This document shows, piece after piece, positions 63,162 through 64,000 of a stretch of DNA of 64,000 bases (positions are counted from its first letter, which is position 1; the number at the start of each line of letters is the position of its first letter). The stretch lies in NCBI GenBank assembly GCA_051294375.1, contig CM119265.1:19581642-19645641 (forward strand). Direction: 5' to 3'. The translations under genes and the position numbers were made by a program. The stretch is from Paraspadella gotoi (Eukaryota; Animalia; Chaetognatha). The notes beneath the pieces are model-generated. The model did no database searches, had not been told where the DNA came from, and worked only from the letters and a program-made list of their open reading frames with translations.

Positions 63162-63184
63162 AGAGAAGAGAGAGAGAGAGAGAG

Positions 63185-63231
<47 letters not shown>

Positions 63232-63676
63232 TGGCTGTATTCATAACCAATCGCGTGATATGGAGCTTTGTCAAGTATGACGCCGTCCAATAAGGCGCAG
63301 TTTGAACTTGCTATAAGGGGACAGTTTCAACTGCGCCCTCTTTCTGTTCACGAAAACTGTTTTTTTTTCCCTCAGTTTTGGGGAATCCCCACCACTATTT
63401 TTTACGGGGATTACTGTTTGAAGCCTTCTGCCTTATCCACGGCGGGGAATCCCCCACTATTTTTGAATGGGATTGACGTTTAAAGCCCTATCCCGCCCTG
63501 ATTTCATCATGGGCAGTCCTTCTTTATAAAAATATTTAACTGAAAACATAAGAAACCTTAACAATCCTAAATTTAAAAATAAATAATTTATTTGCATTTA
63601 GATTCATTCCTAAACCCTCTATTTTATATTCTCTCTCTCTCTCGGTCTACCTCTCTCTTTTTATTTTTTCTATTCT

Positions 63677-63721
<45 letters not shown>

Positions 63722-64000
63722 TTCAATCTGTATCTCTCTCTTTTTCTCACTCTATTTCTTTTTTTTCTATTTTTATCTCTATCTCTCTCTCTTTTTCACT
63801 TTATTTCTTTTTTTTTCTATTTTTTATCTCTCTCTCACTTTCTCACTTTGTCTCTCTTTCTACCTCTCTCTCTTTTTTTATTTTCATATTATCTCTCTCT
63901 CTCTGTCTCTGTCTCTCTTTCTCTCTGTCTCTCTCTCTCTATCTTCTCTCTCTTTCCTCTCTCTTTGTATCTCTATCTCTTTTTCAATCTATTTCTTTTT
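62715..64000 (+). repeat. Duplicated block D, copy 2 (runs off the window)
   Basis: Collinear with 53935-55210. Confidence 0.95.

Overview
This is AT-rich eukaryotic DNA, most likely from an invertebrate animal (inference). It is dense in (AG)n, (TTTC)n and (CGT)n microsatellites and shows no visible CpG depletion. No gene can be named with confidence, and most long ORFs in the track are translations of microsatellites. Much of the window is duplicated: 1-5170 at 7362-12512, a ~2-kb fold-back at 19933-24405, 30830-33440 at 34220-41960, 45461-48563 at 48564-53770, and 53935-55210 at 62715-64000. The copies differ mainly by homopolymer indels and random insertions, and four gaps are exactly 25 N, which points to gap-filling with uncorrected long reads rather than real duplication. 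Signals that look biological: (1) a complete minimal type I hammerhead ribozyme on the minus strand (14521-14562), just downstream of a decayed GIY-YIG-like C-terminus, i.e. a probable Penelope-like retroelement relic; (2) two different TTAA-target DNA transposons with GG...CC termini (Kolobok-like), of which the ~2-kb one is present in one copy of a duplicated block and absent from the other; (3) a near-perfect TA-flanked MITE; (4) a decayed tRNA-derived SINE; (5) telomere-like (TTAAGGG)n/TTAGGG-variant cores that share a flanking motif; (6) promoter-like motif clusters and a few low-confidence exon candidates. I found no convincing evidence for a wholly new biological system.
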